A program made the translations under genes and the position numbers. Shown in pieces: positions 49,851 to 58,837 of a stretch of DNA of 58,837 nt. Each line of letters opens with the position of its first letter. The stretch's first letter is position 1. Under the pieces are notes generated by a model. It saw nothing but the letters and a program-made list of their open reading frames with translations, was not told the DNA's origin and searched no databases. The stretch comes from an uncultured Bacteroidales bacterium (GTDB lineage Bacteria; Bacteroidota; Bacteroidia; Bacteroidales; UBA932). The stretch is from assembly GCA_944326375.1 (NCBI GenBank), contig CALVDU010000129.1, forward strand, positions 1-58,837. The letters run 5' to 3'.

Positions 49851-51290
49851 TTACAATAGCGGAGCGAAGAGGCGGAGGATTGTTTCGAGGACCTTTCTGT
49901 ACCAAGGTCTGCGTTTCCATTGCTCCGGCAGGATTTCTCTGCAGGATTCAAGGTCCTTCATGAAAATCTCCTTGTTTTCACGTGCAGTCTCCTCGCCGTA
50001 GATATAGGCATTTATTTCGTAGTTCAGTTCGAGGCTTCTGAAATCCATGTTCGCGGAGCCCACTATTGACAGATAGTCATCCGACACGATTGTCTTTGAG
50101 TGTATGAAACTTCCCGTCTTTTCGTATATCCGTATTCCTGCGTCAAGGCATTCCTGATAGTGTGACTTGTTGGCGGGGTCCATGTAAGAGGAATCCGATA
50201 CCTGCGGCAGCATTATCCTCACGTCCGTCCCTTTCAGGGCTGCAGCCTTGAGGGCCTGCATGAGAGGTTCAGGAGGTACAAAGTAAGGTGTCTGGATGTA
50301 GACATAGCGTGTTGAATGCTGTATTGTCCATACAGCACCCATGTGGATTATTGGCCACATGTCGTCCGGCTGGTCGGGTACTATCTGTATCAGTTTGTCT
50401 TTTCCCGGAGCCTTTTCTTCGGGAGGAAACAACCCGGAAAAACCGCTTTCTATCACTCCTCCCGAACAGATGTAGGAGAAGAGGAAACTGTATTGGAGGG
50501 CGGATACGGCATTGCCCGTAATCCTTACATGTGTGTCCCTCCATCTTATGAAATAGTCGTCCCCGATGTTCATGCCTCCCGTGTATCCGATTTTTCCGTC
50601 GATGACCACGATTTTGCGGTGATCGCGGTAATTCAGCCTTGCGCTGAACCTCAGGAGATTGAACCTCGGTTTTGTGAACTTCACAACTTCCACGCCGGCT
50701 TTCTTCATTTCGTTGTAGTACCTCGGGCTGATGTCAATGTTGGCGATGTTTTCGTGGATGAATCTGACTTTCACTCCTTCCTGCGCCTTTTTCATCAGCA
50801 TTGCCTTGATTTTCTTGCTGCCGTTGTCCTTTCTGAAATAGAAATATTCCATGTGGATATGGTCTTTGGCGTTTTCGAGGTCTTCGAGCAGGGCTTCCAG
50901 TTTGCGTTGCCCGGAAGTTATGATTTCTATGTCGTTGTTGTCGGAGACGGTTGTCCCGTTGCTGTGCGTGAGGAGCCGTGCGAGTTCCCGGTATGCCGGC
51001 AATATCTTTTCTTCTGCGGAATGACCGAAAAGCCTGTCTCTCGTGGCTTCGTCGCATATTTTGTTGAATGCTTCCGCAAATTTTTTCTGATGCTCGTTGT
51101 ATTTTCTTGTCCTGCGCGGATTCAGCCCCAATATCAGGTATGCGATGAGTCCTATTATCGGCAATAGCGAAATGACCGCTATCCAGGCTATTTTCTTGCT
51201 GGAGTTGTCATCGTCATCCGTCAGGATCACGAGGATCGTGCCCGCTATAAGCAGACCGAACAGTATGTATGCTATGTTGCTGAGCACCAT
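49851..51290 (-). CDS. cls: Cardiolipin synthase
   Basis: Two N-terminal TMs; two HKD motifs HRKIVVID and HSKTIVSD. Confidence 0.93.
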   Translation of the reverse strand: MVLSNIAYILFGLLIAGTILVILTDDDDNSSKKIAWIAVISLLPIIGLIAYLILGLNPRRTRKYNEHQKKFAEAFNKICDEATRDRLFGHSAEEKILPAYRELARLLTHSNGTTVSDNNDIEIITSGQRKLEALLEDLENAKDHIHMEYFYFRKDNGSKKIKAMLMKKAQEGVKVRFIHENIANIDISPRYYNEMKKAGVEVVKFTKPRFNLLRFSARLNYRDHRKIVVIDGKIGYTGGMNIGDDYFIRWRDTHVRITGNAVSALQYSFLFSYICSGGVIESGFSGLFPPEEKAPGKDKLIQIVPDQPDDMWPIIHMGAVWTIQHSTRYVYIQTPYFVPPEPLMQALKAAALKGTDVRIMLPQVSDSSYMDPANKSHYQECLDAGIRIYEKTGSFIHSKTIVSDDYLSIVGSANMDFRSLELNYEINAYIYGEETARENKEIFMKDLESCREILPEQWKRRPWYRKVLETILRLFAPLL

Positions 51291-51302
51291 CCCTGAATCA
51301 GA

Positions 51303-52661
51303 TTATACCGGTTTTGAAATCAATGTGGCCGATGTGCATCCGCAGACTTCCACTTCGATGTAGTCTCCTGCCTTGTGTCCCGGGGCCGGGAATACGCATA
51401 CCTTGTTGTTGGATGTCCTGCCGACGAATTCTTCGCTGTTTCTTTTGGAAGTGCCTTCAATCAGGACGGTATGGCGCCGGCCGATTTCCTTTTCGTTGCT
51501 TTTGAGGCTGAGCCTGTTCTGCAGGGCGATGATTTCATTGAGCCTTGCGGTCTTGACCGCCGGAGGTATGTCGTCCGGATATTTGAGGGCGGCGAGAGTC
51601 CCGGGCCTTTCAGAGTATTGGAACATGAACGCTGCGTCGAAGCCTGCTTCCTCCATGAGGCTGAGGGTATCCTTGTGGTCCTGCTCCGTCTCCCCGCAGA
51701 ATCCTGCGATTATGTCAGTGCTGAGCCCGCAGTCTGGCATAACGCTCCTGATTTTTGCCACTCTTTCCAGATACCATTCCCTCGTGTATCTCCTGCGCAT
51801 CTTTTCCAGCATGACGTTGCTTCCGGACTGGACCGGGAGGTGGATGTGCCGGCAGATGTTCCGGTACATCGCCATGGTATATATGACTTCGTCGCTGATG
51901 TCTTTAGGATGTGAGGTGGAGAAGCGTACCCTCAGTTCAGGGCTTACTTTGGCAACCATTTCGATGAGCTGGGCGAAGTTCACGTCCTTGTCCGCCGATA
52001 CGGGGTCTTTCCAGAGATAGGAATCCACGTTCTGTCCGAGCAGGTTGACCTCCTTGTAGCCGTTTTCGAAAAGTTCTTCGGCTTCGCGGAGTATGCTCTG
52101 CGGGTCACGGCTTCTTTCCGTGCCGCGGGTGTATGGCACCACGCAGTACGAACATACGTTGTTGCATCCGCGCATGATTGAAATGTATGCGGATACGCCG
52201 TTCTTGTCCATGCGTACGGGAGAAATGTCGGCGTATGTCTCCTCATGCGAAAGGAGCACGTCTATCTGCGGATTGTCGGGAGTGACATTCCGTATGAGTT
52301 CAGGAAGGTGCCGGTAGGAGTCCGGGCCTGCGACTATGTCCACGGAGTGCCCGTCGAGAAGAGCGTCCTTCAGCCTCTCCGCCATGCAGCCTGTTATGCC
52401 AATGACAACACCTTTTCTTCTGCGTTTCTGGAGTCTGAACTGGTCGATTCTGCCCCAGATTCTCTGCTCTGCATTGTCCCTTATGGAACATGTGTTGGCA
52501 AGGATGACCGAGGCTTCGTCCATGTTTTCGGTAAGGGCGTAGCCTGCATCCTGCAGAATGGAGAGGATGACTTCGCTGTCGTTCACGTTCATCTGGCAGC
52601 CGTAGGTCTCGATGTAGACTTTCGGCCTTTCCGGGTCCGTAATCGGTCTTATGTCTTTCAT
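51303..52661 (-). CDS. miaB: tRNA-2-methylthio-N6-dimethylallyladenosine synthase
   Basis: TYGCQMNVNDSE, NTCSIR, GCMAER, CNNVCSYC, HLPVQSGS, C-terminal TRAM domain. Confidence 0.96.
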   Translation of the reverse strand: MKDIRPITDPERPKVYIETYGCQMNVNDSEVILSILQDAGYALTENMDEASVILANTCSIRDNAEQRIWGRIDQFRLQKRRRKGVVIGITGCMAERLKDALLDGHSVDIVAGPDSYRHLPELIRNVTPDNPQIDVLLSHEETYADISPVRMDKNGVSAYISIMRGCNNVCSYCVVPYTRGTERSRDPQSILREAEELFENGYKEVNLLGQNVDSYLWKDPVSADKDVNFAQLIEMVAKVSPELRVRFSTSHPKDISDEVIYTMAMYRNICRHIHLPVQSGSNVMLEKMRRRYTREWYLERVAKIRSVMPDCGLSTDIIAGFCGETEQDHKDTLSLMEEAGFDAAFMFQYSERPGTLAALKYPDDIPPAVKTARLNEIIALQNRLSLKSNEKEIGRRHTVLIEGTSKRNSEEFVGRTSNNKVCVFPAPGHKAGDYIEVEVCGCTSATLISKPV

Positions 52662-52692
52662 TGTTGCCGTTTCTGTTTTGTTCTTGCTTTTG

Positions 52693-52736
52693 CAAAGATA
52701 GGCTTTTTCACTGAAAAATTATTTTTATTATCTTTG
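52693..52736. promoter_or_regulatory. Divergent pair of -7 promoter elements (miaB on -, lipoprotein-SPOR-rpoN on +)
   Basis: CAAAGATA at 52693-52700 and TATCTTTG at 52729-52736. Confidence 0.7.
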
Positions 52737-52743
52737 CACGGAT

Positions 52744-53250
52744 ATGGGAATTGTACGGAAACTCAACATTCTGATTTTGCTGGCGGCTATGACGGTCATA
52801 ATGCCGTCATGTTTGGGATATAAGGATATACGGCTCACATCCTGCGGCCTTAAATCGGTTTCCGTCGTCGGGTTGCGTGAGGCAGACCTGAATCTGGATG
52901 CGGAATTTTTCAATCCTGCGTCGTCCGTTTCCGTCATGTATCTGAACGGTACCGTGTTCCGGAACGGGGTGGAATTGGCGCAGATAAGCGCCGACCCTTT
53001 TGTGGTGGAGGGCAGGAGCGAGAAGGCTGCAGTGACTGTTCCGGTCAATGTGCAATTGAGCCGGTCCGTCTCTCTGCTGGGTTCCCTTTCATTGCTTTCA
53101 GGGCTTGATGTACGTGACCTTTCGGCAGACGTGGAATTGAAAATAAAGACCCGCGGATTGACCAAAAAACTGAAATTCAAGAATGTATCGGTTGCTGACC
53201 TGCTGCGTTCAGTGGAAAGGGAGGCGCCATCAAATGCAATGATCTTATGA
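52744..53250 (+). CDS. Putative lipoprotein, LEA_2/WHy-like
   Basis: Lipobox MPSC; beta-rich LDAEFFNP..NGTVF pattern. Confidence 0.55.
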   Translation: MGIVRKLNILILLAAMTVIMPSCLGYKDIRLTSCGLKSVSVVGLREADLNLDAEFFNPASSVSVMYLNGTVFRNGVELAQISADPFVVEGRSEKAAVTVPVNVQLSRSVSLLGSLSLLSGLDVRDLSADVELKIKTRGLTKKLKFKNVSVADLLRSVEREAPSNAMIL

Positions 53251-53900
53251 TGAAGCATAGTTTCAAAATGGCGTTGTGCCTGATACTTTTTCCTGTCTGT
53301 GCGACAGTGACGGATGCGCAGGTCCCGGATCCGGAGATTCAGGCGGATACGCTTGTTGCTGATACTCTTGCTGTCCCCGAAGGCTTTATGCTGGCCGACA
53401 CCGTAGTGTACAGGCAGACAGCCAGGGTTGACTCCTCTCTGGTCGGCAAGAGCATCTTCAATCTCTTGCCTGTGAAGTCGGAAGGAGGAAACGCAGATGT
53501 CTTTGTTTATCAGTCCGGAATTCTTGCTTCAGCCATGAAATCGATGGCGGAGACCAACCGGACCCGTCAGATACCGGGATTCCGGGTAAGGATATTCTCC
53601 GACAACAGACAATCGGCCCGCATCGACGCTGAAAATACCATGAAGGCCTTTGTCCAGAAATATCCGGATGTTCCGGCATACATAAGTTATGCGAATCCAT
53701 ATTTTAAGGTTACGGTAGGCGATTTCCGTACAAGGTCCGAAGCGATGAGTTTCATGAGGGAAATTTTGTCCGAGTTCCAGAAGGCGTTCATAGTCAAGGA
53801 GGGCATATCTTATCCCGCAATAGACAAGGAGAATGCAGTCGTGGCGGATACAGTTTTGGTCCTGAAACCGAAACCGCTTGCAGAGCAGACTACTTTATGA
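53247..53900 (+). CDS. SPOR domain secreted protein
   Basis: GFRVRIFS, PYFKVTVGDFRTRSEA, AFIVKE. Confidence 0.85.
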   Translation: MMKHSFKMALCLILFPVCATVTDAQVPDPEIQADTLVADTLAVPEGFMLADTVVYRQTARVDSSLVGKSIFNLLPVKSEGGNADVFVYQSGILASAMKSMAETNRTRQIPGFRVRIFSDNRQSARIDAENTMKAFVQKYPDVPAYISYANPYFKVTVGDFRTRSEAMSFMREILSEFQKAFIVKEGISYPAIDKENAVVADTVLVLKPKPLAEQTTL

Positions 53901-53919
53901 TTCCCAGGTTATGGCAGCC

Positions 53920-55332
53920 ATGTTGAAACAGGGTCTGGAACTGAAACAGACGCAGAAACTTTCTCCGCTTCAAATCCAGACGATAAAACTTATAGAACTT
54001 CCTACGCAGGAGTTGGAACAGAGGATCCGTAAGGAACTGGAAGAGAATCCGGTTCTCGACGAGAACGTGTCCAATGACAACAATGACGAGGAAGAGGCTC
54101 CGCGCGAAGTGTCGCTGTCGGACTATAAGGACGACGATCCTATTCCGGGATACAAGCTGAGGGTGAACAATTACGGGAAGGATGAACGCCCCCAGTACAA
54201 CACTTTCACGGTAAAGGAGAGTTTTACGCAAAGTCTCATGGACCAGTTGGGATTCCGCAACCTGTCGGAACATCAGCATGCCGTCGCTGCGTTCATAATA
54301 GGCAGCCTTGACGATGACGGCTACCTCAGGAGAGATCCGGAAAGCCTCGTGGATGACCTTGCTTTCCGTGCAGGAATCGAGACAAATGAGGAAGAGGTCC
54401 TTCAGATGTTAAAAGTGATACAGGATTTCGAACCTGCAGGAGTCGGCGCAAGGGATTTGCGGGAATGCCTGCTGCTTCAGATAAAAAGGATGAAGCCTAC
54501 TCCGGAACTTCTCCATGCAAAGCGCATCATTTCTGATTTCTATCCGGATTTTGCGAGCAAGCATTTCCAGAAAATAATCAGCCGCATGGGCATTTCCGAG
54601 GAGGAAATGAAGGCGGCGATGGCGAAAATCCTCAAACTCAACCCTTCTCCTGGCGGGCAGATAGACGATTCATACAGCGAGCAGGCGCAGCAGATTGTTC
54701 CGGACTTCGTGCTTACGCAGGAGAATGGTGAACTGAAATTGACCATGCCGAGGTTTTCCATTCCGGAACTGAAGGTGAACAAGAAATATGCTGACATCCT
54801 TTTGGATGCCGCAAATTCTTCGGAGAGGGGGAAAAAGGAGGCTGCCGCATTTGTCAAAAAGAAGCTGGATTCCGCAAAGTGGTTCGTTGAAGCGGTGAAG
54901 CAGAGGCACAATACCCTTGAGAGCACGATGCAGGCCATCATAGACTATCAGCACGACTATTTCATGGACGGGGATGAGTCCTATCTCAAGCCTATGGTCC
55001 TCAAGGATATAGCAGAAAAGACGGGCTTTGACATCTCCACCATTTCAAGGGTTGTGAACAGCAAATACATAGAGACGCCGTTCGGCATCTATTCCCTCAA
55101 ATACTTTTTCTCGGAAGGTCTTGAAAATCAGGATGGGGAGGAAGTTTCCACACGTGAACTGAAGAAGGCTCTGCAGGAGTGTGTCGATGCGGAGGACAAG
55201 CGTAAGCCTCTTACGGATGACCAGTTAGTCGAGGAAATGACCAGACGGGGCTATAAGGTGGCAAGGCGAACAATCGCCAAATACCGCGACCAACTCAACA
55301 TCCCCAAGGCGAGGATGCGCAAGGAACTGTAG
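53920..55332 (+). CDS. rpoN: RNA polymerase sigma-54 factor
   Basis: LSPLQIQ, EENPVL, GVGARDLRECL, STISRV, RpoN box ARRTIAKYR. Confidence 0.96.
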   Translation: MLKQGLELKQTQKLSPLQIQTIKLIELPTQELEQRIRKELEENPVLDENVSNDNNDEEEAPREVSLSDYKDDDPIPGYKLRVNNYGKDERPQYNTFTVKESFTQSLMDQLGFRNLSEHQHAVAAFIIGSLDDDGYLRRDPESLVDDLAFRAGIETNEEEVLQMLKVIQDFEPAGVGARDLRECLLLQIKRMKPTPELLHAKRIISDFYPDFASKHFQKIISRMGISEEEMKAAMAKILKLNPSPGGQIDDSYSEQAQQIVPDFVLTQENGELKLTMPRFSIPELKVNKKYADILLDAANSSERGKKEAAAFVKKKLDSAKWFVEAVKQRHNTLESTMQAIIDYQHDYFMDGDESYLKPMVLKDIAEKTGFDISTISRVVNSKYIETPFGIYSLKYFFSEGLENQDGEEVSTRELKKALQECVDAEDKRKPLTDDQLVEEMTRRGYKVARRTIAKYRDQLNIPKARMRKEL

Positions 55333-55348
55333 ATTTAAGGCTCTGAAA

Positions 55349-56002
55349 TCAGTTTTTTTCGCCGAAGGCGAGGTCGCCGGCGTCGCCGAGACCGGGAACT
55401 ATGTATGAGTGGCTCGTGAGTTCCTCGTCGATTGCCGCTGTCCATAGAGTCATGTTTTTTGCCGGCAGGTGTTTCTGCAGGTATTCCACGGCATATACGC
55501 TTGCTATCGGGCATACAAGGTGGGTGCATGACGGGATTCCGTCTTCGAGAAGCCGGTTGTAGGCTATTTCCAGTGATGCGCCGGTGGCAAGCATCGTGTC
55601 TGCGAGTATCAGTGTCTTTCCCGTAAGGTCCGGTGCGCTTACATATTCGATGTTTATGTGGAAATCATCGCCCTTGTCATATTTTCTGTATGCTGCGACA
55701 AAGGCGTTCTGTGCGTTGTCGAACACGTTGAGTATGCCCTTGTGCAGCGGGAGCCCGGCCCTGAGTATCGTAGCAGCCACAATCTGGTCGTCCGGAGTGT
55801 TGATGTTGGCTATTCCGAGCGGGGTATATACCTTCTTTTCCGAATAGGTCAGGGTTTTGCTTATTTCGTATGCGAATATTTCCCCGATCCGTTCAAGGTT
55901 GATGCGGAAACGCTGCATGTCCTTCTGTATTTCGATGTCCCTGAGCTGAAGCACGAATTTGTTGAGGACGGTGTTGTTTTCTCCGAGATTTATGACCTTC
56001 AT
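55349..56002 (-). CDS. upp: Uracil phosphoribosyltransferase
   Basis: ILRAGL, DTMLATG, YIVPGLGDAGD; TATATTTG -7 element at 56027-56034 on -. Confidence 0.94.
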   Translation of the reverse strand: MKVINLGENNTVLNKFVLQLRDIEIQKDMQRFRINLERIGEIFAYEISKTLTYSEKKVYTPLGIANINTPDDQIVAATILRAGLPLHKGILNVFDNAQNAFVAAYRKYDKGDDFHINIEYVSAPDLTGKTLILADTMLATGASLEIAYNRLLEDGIPSCTHLVCPIASVYAVEYLQKHLPAKNMTLWTAAIDEELTSHSYIVPGLGDAGDLAFGEKN

Positions 56003-56115
56003 GATTGTTGACGTTAAGATTCCCGGCAAATATATGGCTAATTTTCTGACCTGCAAAAGAATTTTTGCCCGTTGCCTCCGTAACGGGAGATGATTGCCAA
56101 GCAAACCGTCTTCCG

Positions 56116-56790
56116 TTATTCTCCGTCGGAGAAACTGTAGAACCTGTCGTCTGACACTATTATATGGTCTATGAGAGAAATGTCGAGCAGGGCTGCGGCT
56201 TTTTTCAGGGCTTCAGTCTGCCTGATGTCGTTGGTGCCGGGATGCGGGTTTCCGGAAGGATGGTTGTGCACGAGAATCAGTCCGTGCGCTTTCTTTTCCA
56301 GTGCCTTGCGTATTATCATTTTGGCGTCCAGTATCGTGGCGCTCATCCCGCCTGAACTTATCATTTCCTTGGACATGATATAGTTTGCCCTGTTGAGGTA
56401 GAATATCCAGCATTCCTCGTGCTCCAGGCCTTTCATCACGGGTTTCATGATGTCGAATATCTGTTTCGGGGATGTGATTGAAATTCTGTCCGTGGCGTGG
56501 CCTTCTCCCACAAACCTTTTTCCGAGTTCCATCGCTGCCGCTACCGTGGCAGCCTTGTCCATGCCTATGCCTTCGGTTTCCGACATTCTTTCCGGAGAGA
56601 ATCCTGCAAGGGTAGTCAGGCTGTTCCCGGCAGATCCGAGCAACGCTTCTGCAATTTCCTTCACATTGCGTTTCTTCGTCCCGGTTCTCAGCAGAATTGC
56701 GAGCAGTTCCGCATTGCTCAGGCTTGCCGTCCCATATTCGAGAAGTTTCTCCCTCGGCCGTTCGCCTCTGTCCATTTCCTTTATCTTCAT
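56116..56790 (-). CDS. radC: RadC / JAB-domain protein (UPF0758)
   Basis: ERPREKL, ELLAILLRTG, HNHPSG, DHIIV. Confidence 0.93.
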   Translation of the reverse strand: MKIKEMDRGERPREKLLEYGTASLSNAELLAILLRTGTKKRNVKEIAEALLGSAGNSLTTLAGFSPERMSETEGIGMDKAATVAAAMELGKRFVGEGHATDRISITSPKQIFDIMKPVMKGLEHEECWIFYLNRANYIMSKEMISSGGMSATILDAKMIIRKALEKKAHGLILVHNHPSGNPHPGTNDIRQTEALKKAAALLDISLIDHIIVSDDRFYSFSDGE

Positions 56791-56845
56791 CTGTCATTTT
56801 AAGATTTTTTCGGATAAAAATACGTTGAAGCGGCGGAAGAGGCTT

Positions 56846-56885
56846 TCAGAAAAAGAAAATGTTGAACAACTTTTTCTTTTTCTGA
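56846..56885. repeat. 19-bp near-perfect inverted repeat with 2-nt spacer
   Basis: TCAGAAAAAGAAAATGTTG AA CAACTTTTTCTTTTTCTGA (one mismatch). Confidence 0.8.
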
Positions 56886-56947
56886 CATTCCGGGGTGTGT
56901 AGCAGGCTTAAGCCAGGCGGCTTTTCATTGCTCCCGCTCAGAACGAC

Positions 56948-56983
56948 AAAAAAAACGGCTGCAATCCGGTGGAATGCAGCCGT
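56948..56983 (-). terminator. Intrinsic terminator after the carboxyltransferase gene
   Basis: ACGGCTGCA-TCC/GGA-TGCAGCCGT stem followed by a T-run on the - strand. Confidence 0.85.
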
Positions 56984-57002
56984 AAAATGTATTTGCGAAA
57001 AA

Positions 57003-58784
57003 TTACTCCACAAAAGCCACGATTTCGCCTTTGGCGACCATGTCGCCTTGCTTTGCGCAGACAGCGACGATGCGTCCGTCGACGGCAGGTATGACCTCTT
57101 CCATGCCGTAGTAGGTCTGCACATAGCTCATTGCCTGACCGGCCTTGACTTCCGTGCCGACAACCGGAGCGGTGGAAGCGTCGTCCACATCCACCTGCCA
57201 GATCAACTGGCCCTTTACAGGAGCCTGCACTGCAGTTGCCTTAGGATATTTCTCGGCTATCTTTTCCACGTCGTATTTCGGAATTTCCACTACCGGACGG
57301 GTGATGACAATCGGTGCTCCAGCCTTTTCCTTTGCGGCTTCGAGGTCTTTTTTGAACCTCTCTTTTGCAACACCGCTCTTGTAGTCCCGGTACTGCCTTT
57401 CGTGCATTGCGAATTCGAAGAGTTCTTCGTCATCCTCGCCGTAGTCCCAGCCTTCCTCGTCCATCATCTTGCGGAAACGGTCGAGGTCATTCGGGAATGC
57501 GTCCTGCGGATTGCCGTTGTAGAATTCGAGACCCTTGTCTTTTGCAAGCTGCACGATTTCAGGAGCAAGTTCTCCCGGCAGTTTTCCCATTTTGCCGAGA
57601 ATCATGTTCCAGGTGTCCTTGTCGATGGTTGTCCACCTCGGCTGGCCCTTGAGGATGTTCATGAGGTTCATCAGGGCAGTGTTCTTCACGTACTGGCTGA
57701 ACGGGGTAACCAATGGCGGATATCCCAGACGTGGCCATACGTATTCGACTTCCTGGAAGAGCATGACCATGAGGGAGTCGAGGGAGAGCTCGCTCTTGCC
57801 CTGAGCCTTGAGGGAAGCGTTGATGGCCCCGTGGAAACCTTTGAGATCTGCCATCATCGAGCCCATCATTCCTCCCGGGAGACCGCAGCCCACGAGGAGT
57901 GAACTCATGTGGGAGTTGTTCGGGTCAATCCAGTAGCCGAGGAATTCGTCGATGAATTTCTGTGTGAGGCGTCGCACTTCCATGTAGGCGTCCATGTTGA
58001 GGTCCTTCACGAGGAAGCCGTCAGCCTTCATCATTTCCCTTATTGTAATCACGTCCGGATGAACCTTGCCCCAGGAAAGCGGTTCAACGGCAACGTCGAG
58101 GTAGTCTGCGCCTGCCCTTGCCACTTCAAGCATCGAAGCAGGGGAGAAGCCCGGACCGCAATGGCCGTGATACTGTACTTTCAGATGCGGATATTTCTTC
58201 TTGATTGAGCTTGTAAGCTGTCCGAGCATGGTAGGACGTCCGATTCCTGCCATGTCCTTGAGGCAGATTTCATCGCAGCCGTATCCCGCAACCTTGTCCA
58301 CTATGTCCATATAGTAGTCTACCGTATGGATAGGGGAGTTGGTGATTGACAATGCGACCTGCGAAATCATGCCGCCTTTCTTGGCGTACTCTACGGAGAG
58401 CTTCAGGTTCCTGTGGTCGTTGAGACCGCAGAATGACCTTGATATGTTGGTTCCCTGCTTGCATTTTACCTTGTACATCAGTTCCCTCACATCTGCAGGG
58501 ACCGGGTTCATGCGCAGTGCGTTGAGTCCTCTTTCGAGCATGTGTGTCTGTATGCCGACCTTGTTGAACGGGGCAGTCCATTCGCGTACCGCCTTGTTCG
58601 GGTTTTCTCCGAAAAGAAGGTTCACCTGCTCAAAGGCACCGCCGTTGGTTTCAACCCTGTCGAAGCAGCCCATGTCGATTATTGCCGGAGCCACTTCTTT
58701 CAGCTGGCTTACCGTCGGGACGTATTTCCCTGACGATTGCCACATGTCTCTATAGACTAAAGAAAATTTGATTTCTCTCTTCAT
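57003..58784 (-). CDS. Oxaloacetate decarboxylase alpha / pyruvate carboxylase B-like carboxyltransferase with biotinyl-like C-terminal domain
   Basis: RDMWQS, GGAFEQ, CLKDMAG, HGH, LPGGMMGS, LGYPPLVTPFSQ; C-terminal QAPVKG..V..GDMV..GE hybrid fold. Confidence 0.88.
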   Translation of the reverse strand: MKREIKFSLVYRDMWQSSGKYVPTVSQLKEVAPAIIDMGCFDRVETNGGAFEQVNLLFGENPNKAVREWTAPFNKVGIQTHMLERGLNALRMNPVPADVRELMYKVKCKQGTNISRSFCGLNDHRNLKLSVEYAKKGGMISQVALSITNSPIHTVDYYMDIVDKVAGYGCDEICLKDMAGIGRPTMLGQLTSSIKKKYPHLKVQYHGHCGPGFSPASMLEVARAGADYLDVAVEPLSWGKVHPDVITIREMMKADGFLVKDLNMDAYMEVRRLTQKFIDEFLGYWIDPNNSHMSSLLVGCGLPGGMMGSMMADLKGFHGAINASLKAQGKSELSLDSLMVMLFQEVEYVWPRLGYPPLVTPFSQYVKNTALMNLMNILKGQPRWTTIDKDTWNMILGKMGKLPGELAPEIVQLAKDKGLEFYNGNPQDAFPNDLDRFRKMMDEEGWDYGEDDEELFEFAMHERQYRDYKSGVAKERFKKDLEAAKEKAGAPIVITRPVVEIPKYDVEKIAEKYPKATAVQAPVKGQLIWQVDVDDASTAPVVGTEVKAGQAMSYVQTYYGMEEVIPAVDGRIVAVCAKQGDMVAKGEIVAFVE

Positions 58785-58808
58785 ATTGAAACGTTTTCGT
58801 AAATCACG

Positions 58809-58816
58809 CAAAGATA
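58809..58816 (-). promoter_or_regulatory. -7 promoter element
   Basis: CAAAGATA on + is TATCTTTG on -, just upstream of the ATG at 58784. Confidence 0.65.
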
Positions 58817-58837
58817 TATATTTTTAATTTGATAAAA

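Noticed and set aside
56116-56790. radC as a sign of a mobile element
   Set aside because: Full-length chromosomal type with N-terminal PREKL region, flanked by housekeeping genes

Overview
Bacteroidales chromosomal window, identified by SusD, TAnnTTTG promoters and a Bacteroidota-type dcw cluster. 1-16186 is the 3' part of an unusual polysaccharide-utilisation locus (PUL). It holds SusD, a DUF1735-like lipoprotein, four tandem paralogous ~650-700 aa FG-GAP/DxDxDG beta-propeller proteins (the third split by one in-frame TAG), a BACON/OB-repeat lipoprotein, a GH32-like enzyme with non-canonical catalytic motifs, an AraB-type ribulokinase and L-fucose/D-arabinose isomerase. Together these suggest a system for a D-arabinose-yielding glycan (inference). 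16245-27162 is a single leuACDB-ilvDBNC(-ygjP) operon preceded by an unannotated Ile/Leu/Val-rich leader peptide and terminator (attenuator). The rest is mainly housekeeping: MATE, truB, rpiB, a ~1.3 kb degraded insert (Fic C-terminal remnant plus DUF4377-like gene), gltX, the dcw cluster with MraZ boxes, M23 peptidase, cls, miaB, rpoN, upp, radC, and an OadA/PycB-like carboxyltransferase whose biotinyl-like domain lacks the biotin lysine. No rRNA, tRNA, CRISPR array or intact mobile element was recognised. All calls come from motif recognition by eye; no searches were run.
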